Source of the DNA: Octopus vulgaris
Taxonomy: Eukaryota
NCBI GenBank assembly: GCA_951406725.2
Contig: OX597818.1
Location: 81,530,001 to 81,594,000 of the forward strand
Direction: 5' to 3'
DNA length: 64,000 nt
Part shown: in pieces, positions 13,183 to 25,845 of the stretch
Layout of the letters: each line of letters opens with the position of its first letter
Position numbering within the stretch: position 1 is the first letter of the stretch
Translations under genes and position numbers: made by a program
The notes under the pieces: generated by a model
Told to the model about the DNA's origin: nothing
What the model saw: the letters and a program-made list of their open reading frames with translations, nothing else
Databases searched by the model: none

Positions 13183-13459
13183 CAGGGGTCGGCGAACCGG
13201 GTAAGTTACCCCATGTGGGCTAAAAATAAGGACTCGTTATCCATAATTAAAATTACATAAAAAAACGTGTTCTTCTTTCTTCTGGCAACACTGAATCCGT
13301 CCAATGTAATGGACGTGTAAATATATTCACATGAATAAATTCAATAAACCTTTTGAATTAAAGAAAAACTATGATTTTCTTCCTTTCAAATGAAGGGGTA
13401 ACGTCGGCGTAGATAGATATATTTTGGGGTTATTGGTTTAAAATGTTCCCCGACTCCAG
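13183..13459. mobile_element. hAT-type MITE
   Basis: TIRs CAGGGGTCGGCGAAC and GTTCCCCGACTCCAG; 8-bp TSD GTCTAGGC (13175-13182) and CTCTAGGC (13460-13467). Confidence 0.8.
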
Positions 13460-13479
13460 CTCTAGGCAGTCGTTATTCT

Positions 13480-14957
13480 AAGACAGCGTCAGCATACAAT
13501 AGAATAATAAGAAATAAATGGACAAGTGAAGAGAACAAAGTAGTGATGCAGTGTTACTTGGAAAGTGAAACCAAAATAAAAGGTTTAGCACTTTGGGTGA
13601 AGAAAGGTATGATATAACAGAGCAAAGACTTGTAGACAAGGCTAATGCTATTAGGAGAAATAAGTGGATGACAGAACTGGAGGTTGAAGTGACCACAAAA
13701 AAAAAAAAGGAACCAAGAAGTAGAACAGTCAAATAACACAAACCAGGATGCATGAGTAGCACAGTGCAAGTCAAAGAAGATCCTACAAGAAAAAATACTA
13801 GCACTCCTAATCAGGGACGGAAAATTTCTCACCAGGGACTTAAGTGAGGACTAACTAATAAAAGCCAAGATAGACAAAAGTCAGGTAGATTGTCAATGTC
13901 GGTCATATAAACCAAAGGAGGAAAATATTACTGATATAGTTAGTGAATGCAGTATGCCGACACAGAAAGAATACGAGAAAAAGTAAAATGAAGGCGGCGA
14001 GCTGGCAGAAACGTTAGCACACCGGGCGAAATGCGTAGCGGTATTTCGTCTGCCGCTACGTCCTGAGTTCAAATTCCGCCGAGGTCGACTTTGACTTTCA
14101 TCCTTTCGGGGTCGATTAAATAAGTACCAGTTACGCACTGGGGTCAATCTAATCGACTTAATCCGTTTGTCTGTCCTTGTTTGTCCTCTCTGTGTTTAGC
14201 CCCTTGTGGGTAGTAAAGAAATAAGTATTTTGTCTGCCGCTTCGTTCTGAATTCAAATTCAAAAGTGAATTTGCATTTCATCGTTTCGGGATCGATTAAA
14301 TAAGTACCAGTTACGCACTGGAGTCGATGTAATCGACTTAATCCCCTTGTCTGTCCTTGTTTGTCCCTTCTATGTTTAACCCCTTGTGAGCAATAACAAA
14401 ATAAGAAAGAATGCAAGAAAAAACATGACAACATATGGAGAATAATCTACTGGGGATTATATAAAAATCTAGGACTTGGTATACTGATAAGTGGCATGAA
14501 CATGGACTTAGTAATGTACTAGCAATTACGAATTATATGATCTGGGATTTTAACATTCAGATTAATAGAAGCTAGAAGGCCTGAGCTAGTAGACAAAGAT
14601 AATAGAAAGTGCCAGGTAATTGAATTTACAGTCCCACATTATGAGAAATTAAATATGAGAGGTATAGAGAAAATACCAAAGTACCAGGATCTAACTATTG
14701 AGTTATAGAGACTACGGAAAGTTTGGGTAAAATGTATCCCCGTAGCTATAGATGCATTAGGAGCTGTTCCTAAAGATTTCAACAGATGGATAGAGGAAAT
14801 AGGCAAAAACAAAACCCCCTAAAAAACTAGTTTAGTACCGCTCCAGATAACAGGTACAGCTAGAATACTTAGGAAGATTCTTGGCATGTAAGGTTATTTG
14901 GTGTAGCCCTATGCTAGGAATTTTTTCCCAACAGTTTAATTTGTTGTGCTTAAATGA

Positions 14958-14960
<3 letters not shown>
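13480..14960 (+). mobile_element. R4/Dong-type non-LTR retrotransposon, internally deleted and interrupted by a SINE B dimer
   Basis: Remnants ITEQRLVDKANAIRRNKWMTELE (N-terminal region), CQCRSY..EENITDIVSEC (Zn region), HDNIWRIIYW, IWDF, ARRPE, PKYQDLTIEL (RLE); ends in (AAT)n at 14960. Confidence 0.8.
13991..14408 (+). mobile_element. dimeric SINE B1
   Basis: Second unit restarts at GTATTTTGTCTGCC (about 14225); ~19-bp TSD AGAAAGAATACGAGAAAAA / AGAAAGAATGCAAGAAAAA. Confidence 0.85.
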
Positions 14961-15004
<44 letters not shown>

Positions 15005-15786
15005 TAAAGTGAAGTATGGGAAGCAGAGTTGAAGGAGTAGGAGGAGGCGGGTGTGGGGGAAGGATTTAAAGAGAGAGTTAAAGGATGGGATTAAACATAA
15101 ACGAAGACGAAACCTTAAATCAGAAAGATATAAAAGAAATACCTAGAAAGAAAGAGCGATAGAACGAAAGAGTAAAAGTAAATTGGAATGAACTTTACCA
15201 AACGAATCAACACAACAATAGTGAACGAAGCAAGTAATCAAGGAACGAATCAGATTTTAGCGTAGCACATAGAAGAAATTTCGCATCAATTTCCGGTCTA
15301 TTTTCGTGCTTTAATTAAGATACGCAGTAATTATATTTTCATTTGGCCTGATTTTTCATTAAATCTCGTCTTCTTCACCATGTTGGAATACGGGTGATAT
15401 TTAGTGATTGTGTCGTGTTGGCGAAGGTACTAGTGGTGATGGTAGTGGTAGTGGTAGTGGTGGTAAAGTTTGGCGTGTTGGTGATGGTACCAGTGGTTAT
15501 GATGGTGGTAGAAGTGAGGGTGTTTGTGATGGCGGTAGTGCTGGTGATGGTACTGGTGGTGAAGGTAGTGGTGTTGTTGTCGGTGGTGGTAGAGGCAAGG
15601 GTGTTGGTGGTAGTGGCAGAGATGGTAATGGAGGTTGTAGTGATGGTGACAGTAATGGTATTGGTGCTAGTGGTAGCGTCGGTGATTGTGGTGGCAGGAA
15701 ATTGCTAATGCATTTGTTGTTTTATAGTAATGATGTTACAAGTGGTCATTACAGTGCATAACGACAGTAGCAGTATTGGTAGGAGT

Positions 15787-16270
15787 GACTAAATAGTAGT
15801 GTTGATAGAGGTAATTACAGTTTAGTACATAGTTGTGTTGGTAGTGGTGGTTATGGCTTAATACATATTAGTGTTAGTAGTGGTAGTTATAGCTTAGTAC
15901 ACAGTGGTGCTGATTGTGGTAATTACGGTTTAGTACATAGATGTGTTGGTAGTGGTGGTCATGGCTCAGTACATAGTAGTGTTAGTAGTGGTAGTTATAG
16001 CTTAGTACACAGTGGTGCTGATTGTGGTAATTACGGTTTAGTACATAGTAGTGTTGGTAGTGGGGGTCATGGCTTAGTAAATATTAGTCATAGTGGTAGT
16101 GAGTACATTATATTGTTGCTAGTGGTAATTACGTTTTAGTACATAATAGTGTTGGCAGTGTTAGTTATGGCATGGTACACGGTAGTGTTGCTAATGGTAT
16201 TCATATCTTAATATAAACTGGTAGCAGTGATGTCAGTGTTGATAGCAGCGGTTATAGTTTAGTACATAGT
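15787..16270. repeat. 36-bp minisatellite with a 108-bp higher-order repeat
   Basis: Units start at 15823, 15859, 15895, 15931, 15967, 16003, 16039 and 16075; units 3 and 6 are identical. Confidence 0.9.
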
Positions 16271-16334
16271 GGTAGAAAGCGTTGGTAATGATTAAATCAT
16301 ATGTACTAATAGTAACAACAGAAGCAGCAGTTGA

Positions 16335-16505
16335 GTGGAAACACAATGGCCCAGTGGTTAGGGCAGCGGACTCGCGGTCGTAAGAACGCGGTTTCGATTC
16401 CCAGAATGTGAGTGTTTATTGAGCAAAAACACCTAAGGGTCCGACGGGGGTGGGTAAACCCCACTGTACTCTTTCACCACAACTTTCTCTCACTCTTTCT
16501 TCCTA
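16335..16505 (+). mobile_element. tRNA-derived SINE family E, 5' part
   Basis: TGGCCCAGTGGTTAGGGCAGCGGACTCGCGGTCG...GGTTTCGATTCCC; matches 59115-59428 (-). Confidence 0.8.
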
Positions 16506-17190
16506 CTTCTGCTACAAAGCAGAGGAACCATGGTGTAACCCATTATGATGTGGTAAACTTTCAGACCCTGGTCTAGATTGCGAACCTTCTGTACCCCAGG
16601 ATGGTTCAGCTCTCCATCCGCTAAAAGCAACCATTTGCGGAATGAGGATAACAACGTAGCTTTTGTGCCCGTATCACCGCCAGTCTATTGCGTGTGGGGG
16701 GTGGATCTTCAAGTTTCCACACGCATTCTTAGTAGCTTAGAGTAGGCACGAATTAGAGGTTATTCTTTGTGGCTAACGGTGTGAGTCCTGATTGAAAGAA
16801 GAAGAGGAAAAAGAAGGAGAAGAAGAATCAGTTGTAGTAGTGGTCGTAGTATTGGTTTAGCATAAAGTCGCAGTAAAATTGTTAGCAGTGGTAGTGTCAG
16901 TAGTGGTGGTTATCACTTAGTTTACTGTAATAGTCTGAGTGGCAGTATTGGTAGTGTTAGTTATTGTTTAATCCTGAATGTTAGTAGAAATAAAGTGATG
17001 GTACTGGTGGTGGTATTGTTCGAAGGTTCGAATTTGTAGTTTGGTAGTTGTAGCTTAGTATGCACTATTGGTTCTCAACCGGGGTCCATAAGGCCCTTGG
17101 TGTTCCATATAAGTTTTTATTGTTAAAATCTAAGTGTAATTAATTGTTATACTTCTGCAATACACAAAATATTTTCACAAATTTTTGTTT

Positions 17191-17950
17191 AGTCAAATGC
17201 AAAATAAAACGTCAAAATTAGAAGCAATAGCTGCCAAACTAGGATTGAAAGTCAACCGCGACAAATAAAAATTTATGCGCGTTAATGAAGAAAACAACGA
17301 ACTTATTAAACTAGAAACCGATGAACTAGAGGATGTAACCGAGTTTACGTATTAGGTAGTAAGATAACGTTTTCAGGCGGCACCGACGAAGATTCTATGA
17401 CGAGAATAAGTAAGGCAAGGACCGCTTTTCACCTGTTAAAAAATGTATGGAGCGCAAGTGTAATTTCAATAAAGAACAAAATAACAATTTTTAACACTAA
17501 CGTAAAAGCACTGTTATTGTATGGAGTTGAGACATGGCGAGCAACAGTTAAGTCAAATAAGCAAATACAATCATTCATTAACAGATGCTTGCGTAGTATA
17601 ATTAGATGGCCCGAACACATAAGCAATATGGAGCTATGGCAAAGAACAAATCAAGTTTCGATTACGGAGCAAATATTTAAGAAAAACTGAAACTGGATTG
17701 GTAGCACAAATTCGAAAAGACACACCAAATGTAGCGGAAAGAGCTTTATAGTGGAATCCCTATGGATACAGAAGGAAATGTAGGTCTGAGAACTCGTGGC
17801 GTAGATCAACAGAGAAGGAACTAGAGAAAGGGGGACATTCATGGCAGAGTATAAGTACAGAAGGGAAAAATTATGCGACATGAAATTCAGCTATAAGTAA
17901 CATATACTCCGCGTTGGAGGTTTAATGGCAGGAAAAAAACCCCAAAAAAA
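17191..17950 (+). pseudogene. RTE-clade LINE 3' fragment (RT C-terminal region)
   Basis: KLGLKVNRDK.., RISKARTAF..LKNVW, IFNTNVKALLLYGVETW, FINRCLRSII.WPE.ISN.ELW (ORF 17397-17690), with stops and frameshifts. Confidence 0.85.
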
Positions 17951-18148
17951 CCAAACAAGCGAAGTAGCTTGTCAGAAAATCTCAATAAGAGAAGCAATGT
18001 TTATCGCCACATCAGTATGGCTGTTCCGCGTTACAACTTTTTTAACCCCAGGTAGATCCCTCGCCAGCTGTTTACTAGTGCAACTTGCACCCTGTATATG
18101 TTGCAAGCAGAGGAGCGAACCCCTACCATTCTCTAGCAGACGAAGGAA

Positions 18149-18196
18149 TCACAAGACCGGACGGTTTTGAGCTACTTATGCTCATCTTCAGTAGTG
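18149..18196 (-). ncRNA. type I hammerhead ribozyme motif, G12 mutated
   Basis: Minus strand reads CACUA-CUGAAGA-U-GAGC-AUAAGUA-GCUC-aAAA-CCG-UC-CGG-UC-UUGUG: stems I, II and III and a GUC cleavage triplet are present. Confidence 0.6.
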
Positions 18197-18639
18197 AACA
18201 TCCATCTGCTAGAAATAGCAGGAATTCGCTCCAGCTCGCAAGATATAGGAAAATTAGTGACCATCAGTCACTGATCTTACTGCAAAGAAGATAGATCTCA
18301 ATAAGAGATGAAAATAGTAAGTACACTAAGTAACGTTTATCGCCCTATTAATAAGCCTGTTTGTCTTACAATTCCTAATAATATCTAATTATAAAGATAT
18401 AATATAATTTTTTTAAACATCGAATGGCTATGGAGGTACATCCGAGTAAAATAGGAATCAAAGAGTCCCATGAGTAAAAAATGTTACAGAAGTACTGATA
18501 TACACGATTATCCTGGTGCTAGAAATACCAGCTAAGTCTCACTTGTTTCTACTTTAAAAGAAGGCACATTGGATGTACATTTGTAGTAGCGCTGGTGGTA
18601 CTAGCTGGTCGTACTACCGTCATGGTACAACTGATAGTG

Positions 18640-18770
18640 TACGAGAGGGTGCTGAAAATTTCCTTTGAATAAAAGAACATATAGCCCAGTTATAGAACTC
18701 CGAAGGCTAGGCTTCCAATCAGGCCTTCTAATATACCTTTAAAACCAGAAACTTTTCAGTACCCCCTCAT
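18640..18770. mobile_element. mariner-type MITE
   Basis: TIRs (TA)CGAGAGGGTGCTGAAAAT and ACTTTTCAGTACCCCCTCA(TA); related copies at 19687-19936 and 20411-20629. Confidence 0.75.
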
Positions 18771-18823
18771 ATACATACATACATACATACATACATACAT
18801 ACATACATACATACATACATACA

Positions 18824-18856
<33 letters not shown>

Positions 18857-18874
18857 GTGTGTGATGAGTAAATT

Positions 18875-19620
18875 GTCGCCATTTTACAAGTGTAATTTCG
18901 CGCATGCACATTGTTTGTATTTGATTTTGTCGAAACACAGTATAGTAGGGTAAGTTGGACACCAAGACGCAATTCACGCTACCAGAAATTTGAAAACGAC
19001 ATGCTGTCCTGTTTAGAATTCGCGCTGAAAGTTCCAATACGAACATTTTACAATGTTTCGGTGTCAATCTGAGGACAGTGCAATCTGAGAACATGTACAG
19101 AGAATGATAAAAATAATATATCCAGTCAATATCATAGTGTTTGGAATGATCAATTGTGATGGCGACGTTATGCCTCCATTCATCTTCCCACACAACCTCA
19201 GAATCAACATGGAGGACTACATGAAGTGCCTGGAGGAGGTAGTGCTGTCTTGGGTCAAGAGGATGGCTGTTGGAAAACCCTATGTCTGGCAACAGGATTC
19301 TGCACCAGTATTCACAAGCAGGAGAACCCAGTCATGGCTGTCAGACAATTTCTGTGACCACATCATCAACCCTAACATCTTGAGCGAGAGACAAAAAAAT
19401 AAAACTTTGTAACACCAAAGATGAACCGAAAGCAAGTATTATGGCATCATTCACCAACTTAAACAATCCATAAGAGTTAAACAAAATACTGAAGTCGTTT
19501 ACTCTTTAGTATTTCAAGACATTTTTATGCAATTTTGGTAAATATATCTGTTAGAATGATATGTATGTGTTATTTTCATTTTTGCGTAATTTAGACGACA
19601 ATATATTCACCGCACCCTGT
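18875..19620 (+). pseudogene. Tc1/mariner superfamily transposase fragment (maT/DD37D-like)
   Basis: ORF 19104-19412 has IVFGMINCDG..PPFIFP..LRIN..Y...L...V..W......YVWQQDSAP; TIR-like end CACCGCACCCTG-TA at about 19620. Confidence 0.8.
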
Positions 19621-19686
19621 ATACATACATACATATATTCATTCATACATAAGAATATATATGTATATATATATATTAGTCCCTCA

Positions 19687-19936
19687 TACGAGGGAGTACT
19701 AAAAGGTTCCTGACTTCGCGGAAAAGAAAATACAGGAAGATCAGTTAATTTAATTATGATATTATTCAAGATGTTCTCCCCTTTCATATTCACACACTTA
19801 TTGCCGCGATCTTTCTGTTTTTCTAAGCCCTTCAAAAGAACTTGGAAGGTTCACTCTATAGATAGGAGTGGTTAGGTCTTTATCTAGGCCTCCTGTGATA
19901 CCCTTAAAGCCAACAAACTTTTCAGTGCCCCTCTTA
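19687..19936. mobile_element. mariner-type MITE
   Basis: TIRs as at 18640; interior similar to 20411-20629. Confidence 0.7.
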
Positions 19937-19945
19937 TATATATAT

Positions 19946-20283
19946 ATTGTTGTATTTGGGGATGGTCATGTTGCCAGTTTGGCCAATAAAACCACATGCA
20001 CTATATATTTGATGTTAATTTGCTTCAGCTTTATTTTTACGCTAACCGTATTTCGGCCAGCGTTCATTCGTCATACTTCTGTAACCTCATTAGTGGTCCT
20101 TTGTTTTCTTCTTTCTTATTTGTGTGTCTTTCCTTACTAACGATCAACCATTTTGTATTTTGTATTCCTATTGCATGTGTCTTTATTTGCGCATGCGTAT
20201 ACCCCTATGTCTGTTTGTGTTTAACAAGTGCGTGTGCTTTTATTGGCTATACTGGCAACATGGCCATCCCCAAATACAACAAT
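19946..20283. mobile_element. long-TIR (~57 bp) fold-back element in (TA)n
   Basis: ATTGTTGTATTTGGGGATGGTCATGTTGCCAG...CACATGCACT is inverted at 20227-20283. Confidence 0.75.
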
Positions 20284-20320
20284 ATATGTTTCAACACACG
20301 ATTTCACATGAAGAATCTTG

Positions 20321-20399
<79 letters not shown>

Positions 20400-20410
20400 C
20401 GAGAGACAGA

Positions 20411-20629
20411 GAGAGGGGGGCATGCTAAAAGGTCCTGGCCTTGGGTAAAAAATTACAGGAGGATAAGTTAATTACGATATTATTCAACATATTCCCCTCT
20501 CAGATTCACACTGTTATTGTAGCATTCTTTCAGTTTTTCTGAGACCTGTAAAAGAACTCGAAAATTTGGGCTGTCAACCATACCTTTCGCGAGACCCTTA
20601 CAGCCAGGACGTTTTCAATACTTCCTCAT
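20411..20629. mobile_element. mariner-type MITE
   Basis: Homologous to 19687-19936. Confidence 0.65.
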
Positions 20630-21132
20630 AGAATCGTGAGTGCAACACCCTAAACAGAATGCCACGCGTCATCACTATCTATGGAGTGACCTGACAAAAA
20701 GATGTGTGCTTCTGACCAACAAAGTGACCAGATAAACTAGAACGACTGTATAAGAGGAATAGCAAACATATGCAGTACGCCTCTACGACGCAATATAAAC
20801 TCTTTACTGCTGTTATTTAAATAGCAGCGTTGGAACCTTGTTTCTTTGTAGGAAACTGACCTCCTTTTATAAGAAGAAATCTGATAATCCTATAAAACGC
20901 ACATTTATGCAGCATACATTTATACATATATACATTTATAAACAAACATCTATGTATCATGTACATAGATTGGAATGATTTTATGTACGTGCATATATGT
21001 ATGCATACATTTATGTAATATATAATATAATATAATACAATATATACTTGTATATATATACGCATATATATAGATATATATATATATGTATTTATATATA
21101 TGTATTTATATATATGTATTTATTTATATATG

Positions 21133-21180
<48 letters not shown>

Positions 21181-22374
21181 ATATATATATATATAATGTA
21201 TATTTAATGCATATATGTATATACAAATATATTCACACTTTTGATATACGCACATACAATTACATATTTTAAGACTGCTTAAAGAGACTCAAGAACTATT
21301 GATCGTTGGTAGATCAAAGTGAATGTTTCCAATTAAATTAAAGAATTAAGTAGATCGGTTAGTAACGTAAGTAATCGATTATTGAGATTAAAAGAAATTA
21401 AATATTTAATTTGGTTGCAGTGAAATCAAATATGAAATATACGAAATAGAATTTTACAATGCTTGAATTTTACTGGTGTTCAATGTAGAATTGTACTATA
21501 CACACACACGCAAACACACACGCACACACACACACATACACGTACACACACACGCACACACACACATACACACACACACACATATATATATATGGATTTC
21601 TTTGCATATAAATATATACACACTATATATGTATGTGTGTGTATGCGATTGAATGTACATAGGCTTTACATATATATTTGGTTTTATATACATACATACA
21701 TATATACATACATACATATACACATATACACGCACATATACACTCACACACACATATAAGAGGACAATCATAAACATATATCACAGCGACATTAGGAAAG
21801 TACTACCGCAAAACATTTACCCGTACATACAGGCGTACATTTCGAATTACAATCATCCAGACACAAACACATGCACGCTCACACACACACACAAACGCAC
21901 ACATACATGTACACATACACACAGACGCACGTACTCGCACACACGCACATACAGGCACACACACACAAGCACACACTCACACGTACATACACACACACTG
22001 GCAAAAAAAACTATCACACATACACGCATAAACTTACACACAAAGGGATAGAGAGACAGATCCAAACTATTCTGTTAGAGCACACTTATACAACCTTTTA
22101 CGATTTCACGTGGTCTGTTCCTTCCTGTTATATGCTGTATTCTTGGCTAGAGTACTTCTTTACTTTGGGCCTTACAAACCTTCAGTAATTATCTAGGTTA
22201 TAATCTTTCTTTTCATGGTATTCCTCCCCTTCTTCCTCGTCCTCGTCCTCGTCATCCTCCTCCGCCGCCTCGTCCCCCACTCTTTTGATTGTAATGATAA
22301 CCATCATGCTGTTAGTCATCATTTTATTTTTTACTTTATTACCACATCATCATCATCATTAGTAGAAGTAGTAT

Positions 22375-22900
22375 TGAGCGAGGAGCCAATGCCATCGGAA
22401 TGACACTGGGGTCGTAATATACGAAGCCCATTATATCCGTCTGATAAGGGTATACCGAGCACATGCATCACTAACATATGTGCGCGACATAGTGATCTCA
22501 TATCAAGTTTAACAGTGCATGATCTTCCAGGTGGGGACCAGTTAGAATTTTTTTCATGTCGAGCAGCCTATTCTGCTCAAAAGGTCCCTGAATATGAGTT
22601 GTTTAAGAATGTTGAACAAGACACCCATGTTTCCGAAGATGAATTATCCAAACCCCAAAGAATTCCTCTCAACACACGGCTATGATATTCCCCCAAAACT
22701 CCTGCTCGTGATCAAGAATGCATATATCGCCATCCTCTAAGACACATGTTCAACTGGTTAAGGTTAAGCAACTGATAAGAAAAATCTGTGGTATTGAGCA
22801 GAATATTTGCTGTAGTCCATCTTTTATACTAAAAAAAAATATGCACATGATAACACTTAGCCATCAGAGCCAGTACCTCGTATTATTATTATTATTATTG

Positions 22901-22959
<59 letters not shown>

Positions 22960-23420
22960 GTTGTTGTTGTTATTACTATTATTATTATTGAGGGAGAAAG
23001 CAGCACACGCTAACAAAGTTACACTGGGATACAAATTTACGAAGCCCAATAGACACATCATTACTACCCGCCTGCTAAGTGTAAAATAGACACATGCATC
23101 ACAAGCATATGTGCACGACATGGTGATGTCCTTTCATGGCAAACAATACGTCACCTTGCAGGCGAAGGTCAATTAGAATTTTAGTCAGGCTAAGTTACCA
23201 GTCACGCTGAAAAGGTCAATGAATAAGGGTTGTTTGCGGATGATGAAAGGCAACACTCATATTTTCAGGTGTCAAGTATTCGAACCCAAAGAATCCCTCT
23301 GAATACATAGTCATGATGCTCCACCATTACTCCTGCTTGTGATTAGAGAATCATATACCGTCAGCCACTAATGGACATGTTCAGCTGGTAGTGATCAAGC
23401 TGCTGACAAGTAAATTTGCC
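22375..23420 (-). mobile_element. two family D copies (22375-22880, 22988-23420) separated by (ATT)n
   Basis: Both align to 24846-25402. Confidence 0.8.
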
Positions 23421-23424
23421 AGAA

Positions 23425-23614
23425 GCATTAATATGCCGGACAAAATACTTATCAGTATTTCGTCCATCATCACGCTGTGAGTTCAAATTCCGAGGTCAAC
23501 TTTGCCTTTCATCCTGTCAGGGTTGATAAAATAAGTACTAGTTGAGTACGGGAGTCGATGTAATTGACTATCCCCTACCACCAAATTCCAAGCCTTGTAC
23601 CTGGAGCAGAAAGG

Positions 23615-23620
<6 letters not shown>
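23425..23620 (+). mobile_element. SINE B2 with (ATT)n tail
   Basis: B core, then GCCTTGTACC...GAAAGGATTATT. Confidence 0.8.
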
Positions 23621-23664
<44 letters not shown>

Positions 23665-23671
23665 GATTATT

Positions 23672-24765
23672 ATTTACTTTTAATCTAGATGTTTGCTCCA
23701 ATCCCTTGCCAAAACACACCCAGCGTCCTGGGGCGAGTGAAGGATAAGAGATGTTACAGTATGACCGAGAGCTTGTGGAGGGGGTGTGGCAGCGGCAGTA
23801 GTGAAATATCTTCATGTAATACAACATTGACATTTAAATGAATAGGATTTTTCTAAGGATACGAGCAGTACTTCTCAGCACAAGCTTTTGGATTTCTCTG
23901 AGATATAGTTCTCCTGGGATCTTATCTGGATGTTTCTGACATCCTTTTTTGTCATACCACAATAACAAGAATAGTTCTCGCTTTTTCTTTTGTATTTCAC
24001 TTTCCAGGTTTTATATTTACTTAATTTGTTAAATTCCTTTACAGGCACACTTACATCTATTAGTCTACAAGTATTTTCTTCGTTGTCATTAATAATTATG
24101 TCTGGTCAATTAGCCTAGCTCTTTCTGTCAGTGTTGACTGGAAAATCCTAGAGAATAGTGACATTTGTAGCTTCAATGTCTGGCTCAGGATGTTCATACC
24201 ATTAAGGAAGAGTGCTGATTTTGTAGTGTTCATATACCTACCAATGAAAATACTGTCCTACACTATCGTGACAATTCTTGTATTTGTTTGGTGTAAACAC
24301 AGGACATCCCGGGACGAGATGATGAATTGTTTCGTCAAATGTGTCGCAGGATCTCCATTTAGTGTCAGAACCGTTTTGAAGAACGTTAGCTTGGTAGATT
24401 TTTGTAAGAAAAGTTTGATCCTGCGGCGCCAATATAAAAACTATAGTCTCTGCTTTCAGTCCTGAACATCTCAGCCAGTGATGGATTGTTGCTTGGTCTA
24501 CATCAACATTTCGACATCGTAGCATATACTGTCCATCCAGTGGCTTCTGGCTCCACCTCTCCTCAATTTGTTTCTGCTCATTCCTTTTTAGAGTCTTCTT
24601 GATCCGATTTGGTTGTTTTGTGGCAGTGGTCTCAGGTTCTTCATCTACTTTAGGGTTAATGCCAAGCTCCCTTGACAATAGAATATGATGTTTTGCTGCC
24701 TTCGTGCTTGCACACAAGCCGCAATATCCAATTCTTTGTACTAGATAACTACTTGCTCATTGCTC
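23672..24765 (-). mobile_element. R4/Dong-type retrotransposon 3' fragment
   Basis: ORF 24238-24717: W..KPLDGQY...HWL...GLKAET..FILAPQDQ......Y...V......WRSC....ETIHHLVPGC...HDSVGQYFHW; 3' UTR abuts (ATT)n at 23617-23672; (ATT)n also on the 5' side. Confidence 0.9.
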
Positions 24766-24833
<68 letters not shown>

Positions 24834-24845
24834 TATTATTATCAT

Positions 24846-25400
24846 TGAGTGAGAGAGCAGTTCATGCCATCAAAGTGACACTGGGATAAAATATACGAAG
24901 CCCAATATACCCATCATGACTACCCGTCTGATAAAGGTAAACCAGGCACATGCATCACAACCATATGTGCGCGACATGGTGATCTCATATCAAGATAAAC
25001 AGCACATGACCTTGCAGGTGGGGCCCAGTTAGAATTTTCTTCAGGTTGAGTAGCCCATCCCGCTCAAACGGTCCCTGAATAAGGGTTGTTTAAGGATGTT
25101 GAAAGAACCACCCATGTTTCCAGAGGTGAACTATTCAAACCCCAAAGAATCCCTCTCAACACATGGCTATGATGCTCCCCCACTACTTCTGCTCGTGATC
25201 AGAGATGCACATATCGTCAGCCACTAAGGGACATGCTCAACTGGTTACGGTCAAACAACTGACAAGCAAATCTGTGGTATTGAGCAGAATATTTGCTGTA
25301 GCCCATATTTTATACCAAGACAAAACAATGTACATGATAACACTTCCAATCAGTTAAGATCAGAAGCCATGAGAGCCACTGCCTGGTACTGCATCAGGGC

Positions 25401-25402
<2 letters not shown>
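24846..25402 (-). mobile_element. family D, best-preserved copy
   Basis: About 557 bp with (ATT)n on both sides; no long ORF and no TIR. Confidence 0.9.
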
Positions 25403-25440
<38 letters not shown>

Positions 25441-25486
25441 GTTATTATTGTTTTTGTTATTATTATTATTATTGTTATTATTGTTA

Positions 25487-25533
<47 letters not shown>

Positions 25534-25550
25534 GTTATTGTTATTGTTAT

Positions 25551-25583
<33 letters not shown>

Positions 25584-25641
25584 TATTATTATTATTATTA
25601 CTATTATTATTATTATTATTATTACTATTATTATTATTAAA

Positions 25642-25845
25642 TTTGTCGAACAGCTCTTGAATTTTGTAGGAAAGATCCGGTCATCAGCAGAGTCCGTCTT
25701 GTAGATTATCCCGCTGCCTTCTTTTGGCCGAGAAGAGAAGACTGGGGGATATAGCGAAAGAGGTAGTGTGGTGGACGAAGTTGAAAGAACTGAAGACAGA
25801 TAATTACTTTTTCGACCAAACCCTCATCCTATTTTTTTTATCATA
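25642..25845 (+). pseudogene. Tx1/L1-type ORF2 C-terminal fragment
   Basis: FVEQLL..VGKI..SAESV / AKEVVWWTKLK, homologous to the minus-strand translation near 50.1-50.3 kb. Confidence 0.65.

Larger units (their letters stand above)
17066..18497. mobile_element. hAT-type MITE carrying a PLE-like segment and an RTE insertion
   Basis: Decayed TIRs TATTGGTTCTCAACC and ...CAGAAGTACTG; imperfect 8-bp TSD GTATGCAC / ATATACAC. Confidence 0.6.

Noticed and set aside
15394-15761. Gly/Ser-rich and Val-rich ORFs
   Set aside because: Degenerate (GGT/AGT)n tract that is naturally stop-poor.
15823-16110. CRISPR-like periodicity (36 bp)
   Set aside because: Units are head-to-tail without unique spacers, the context is eukaryotic, and there are no cas genes.
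16335-16405. tRNA gene
   Set aside because: The tRNA-like head continues into a SINE body shared with 59115-59428, and no complete cloverleaf is evident.
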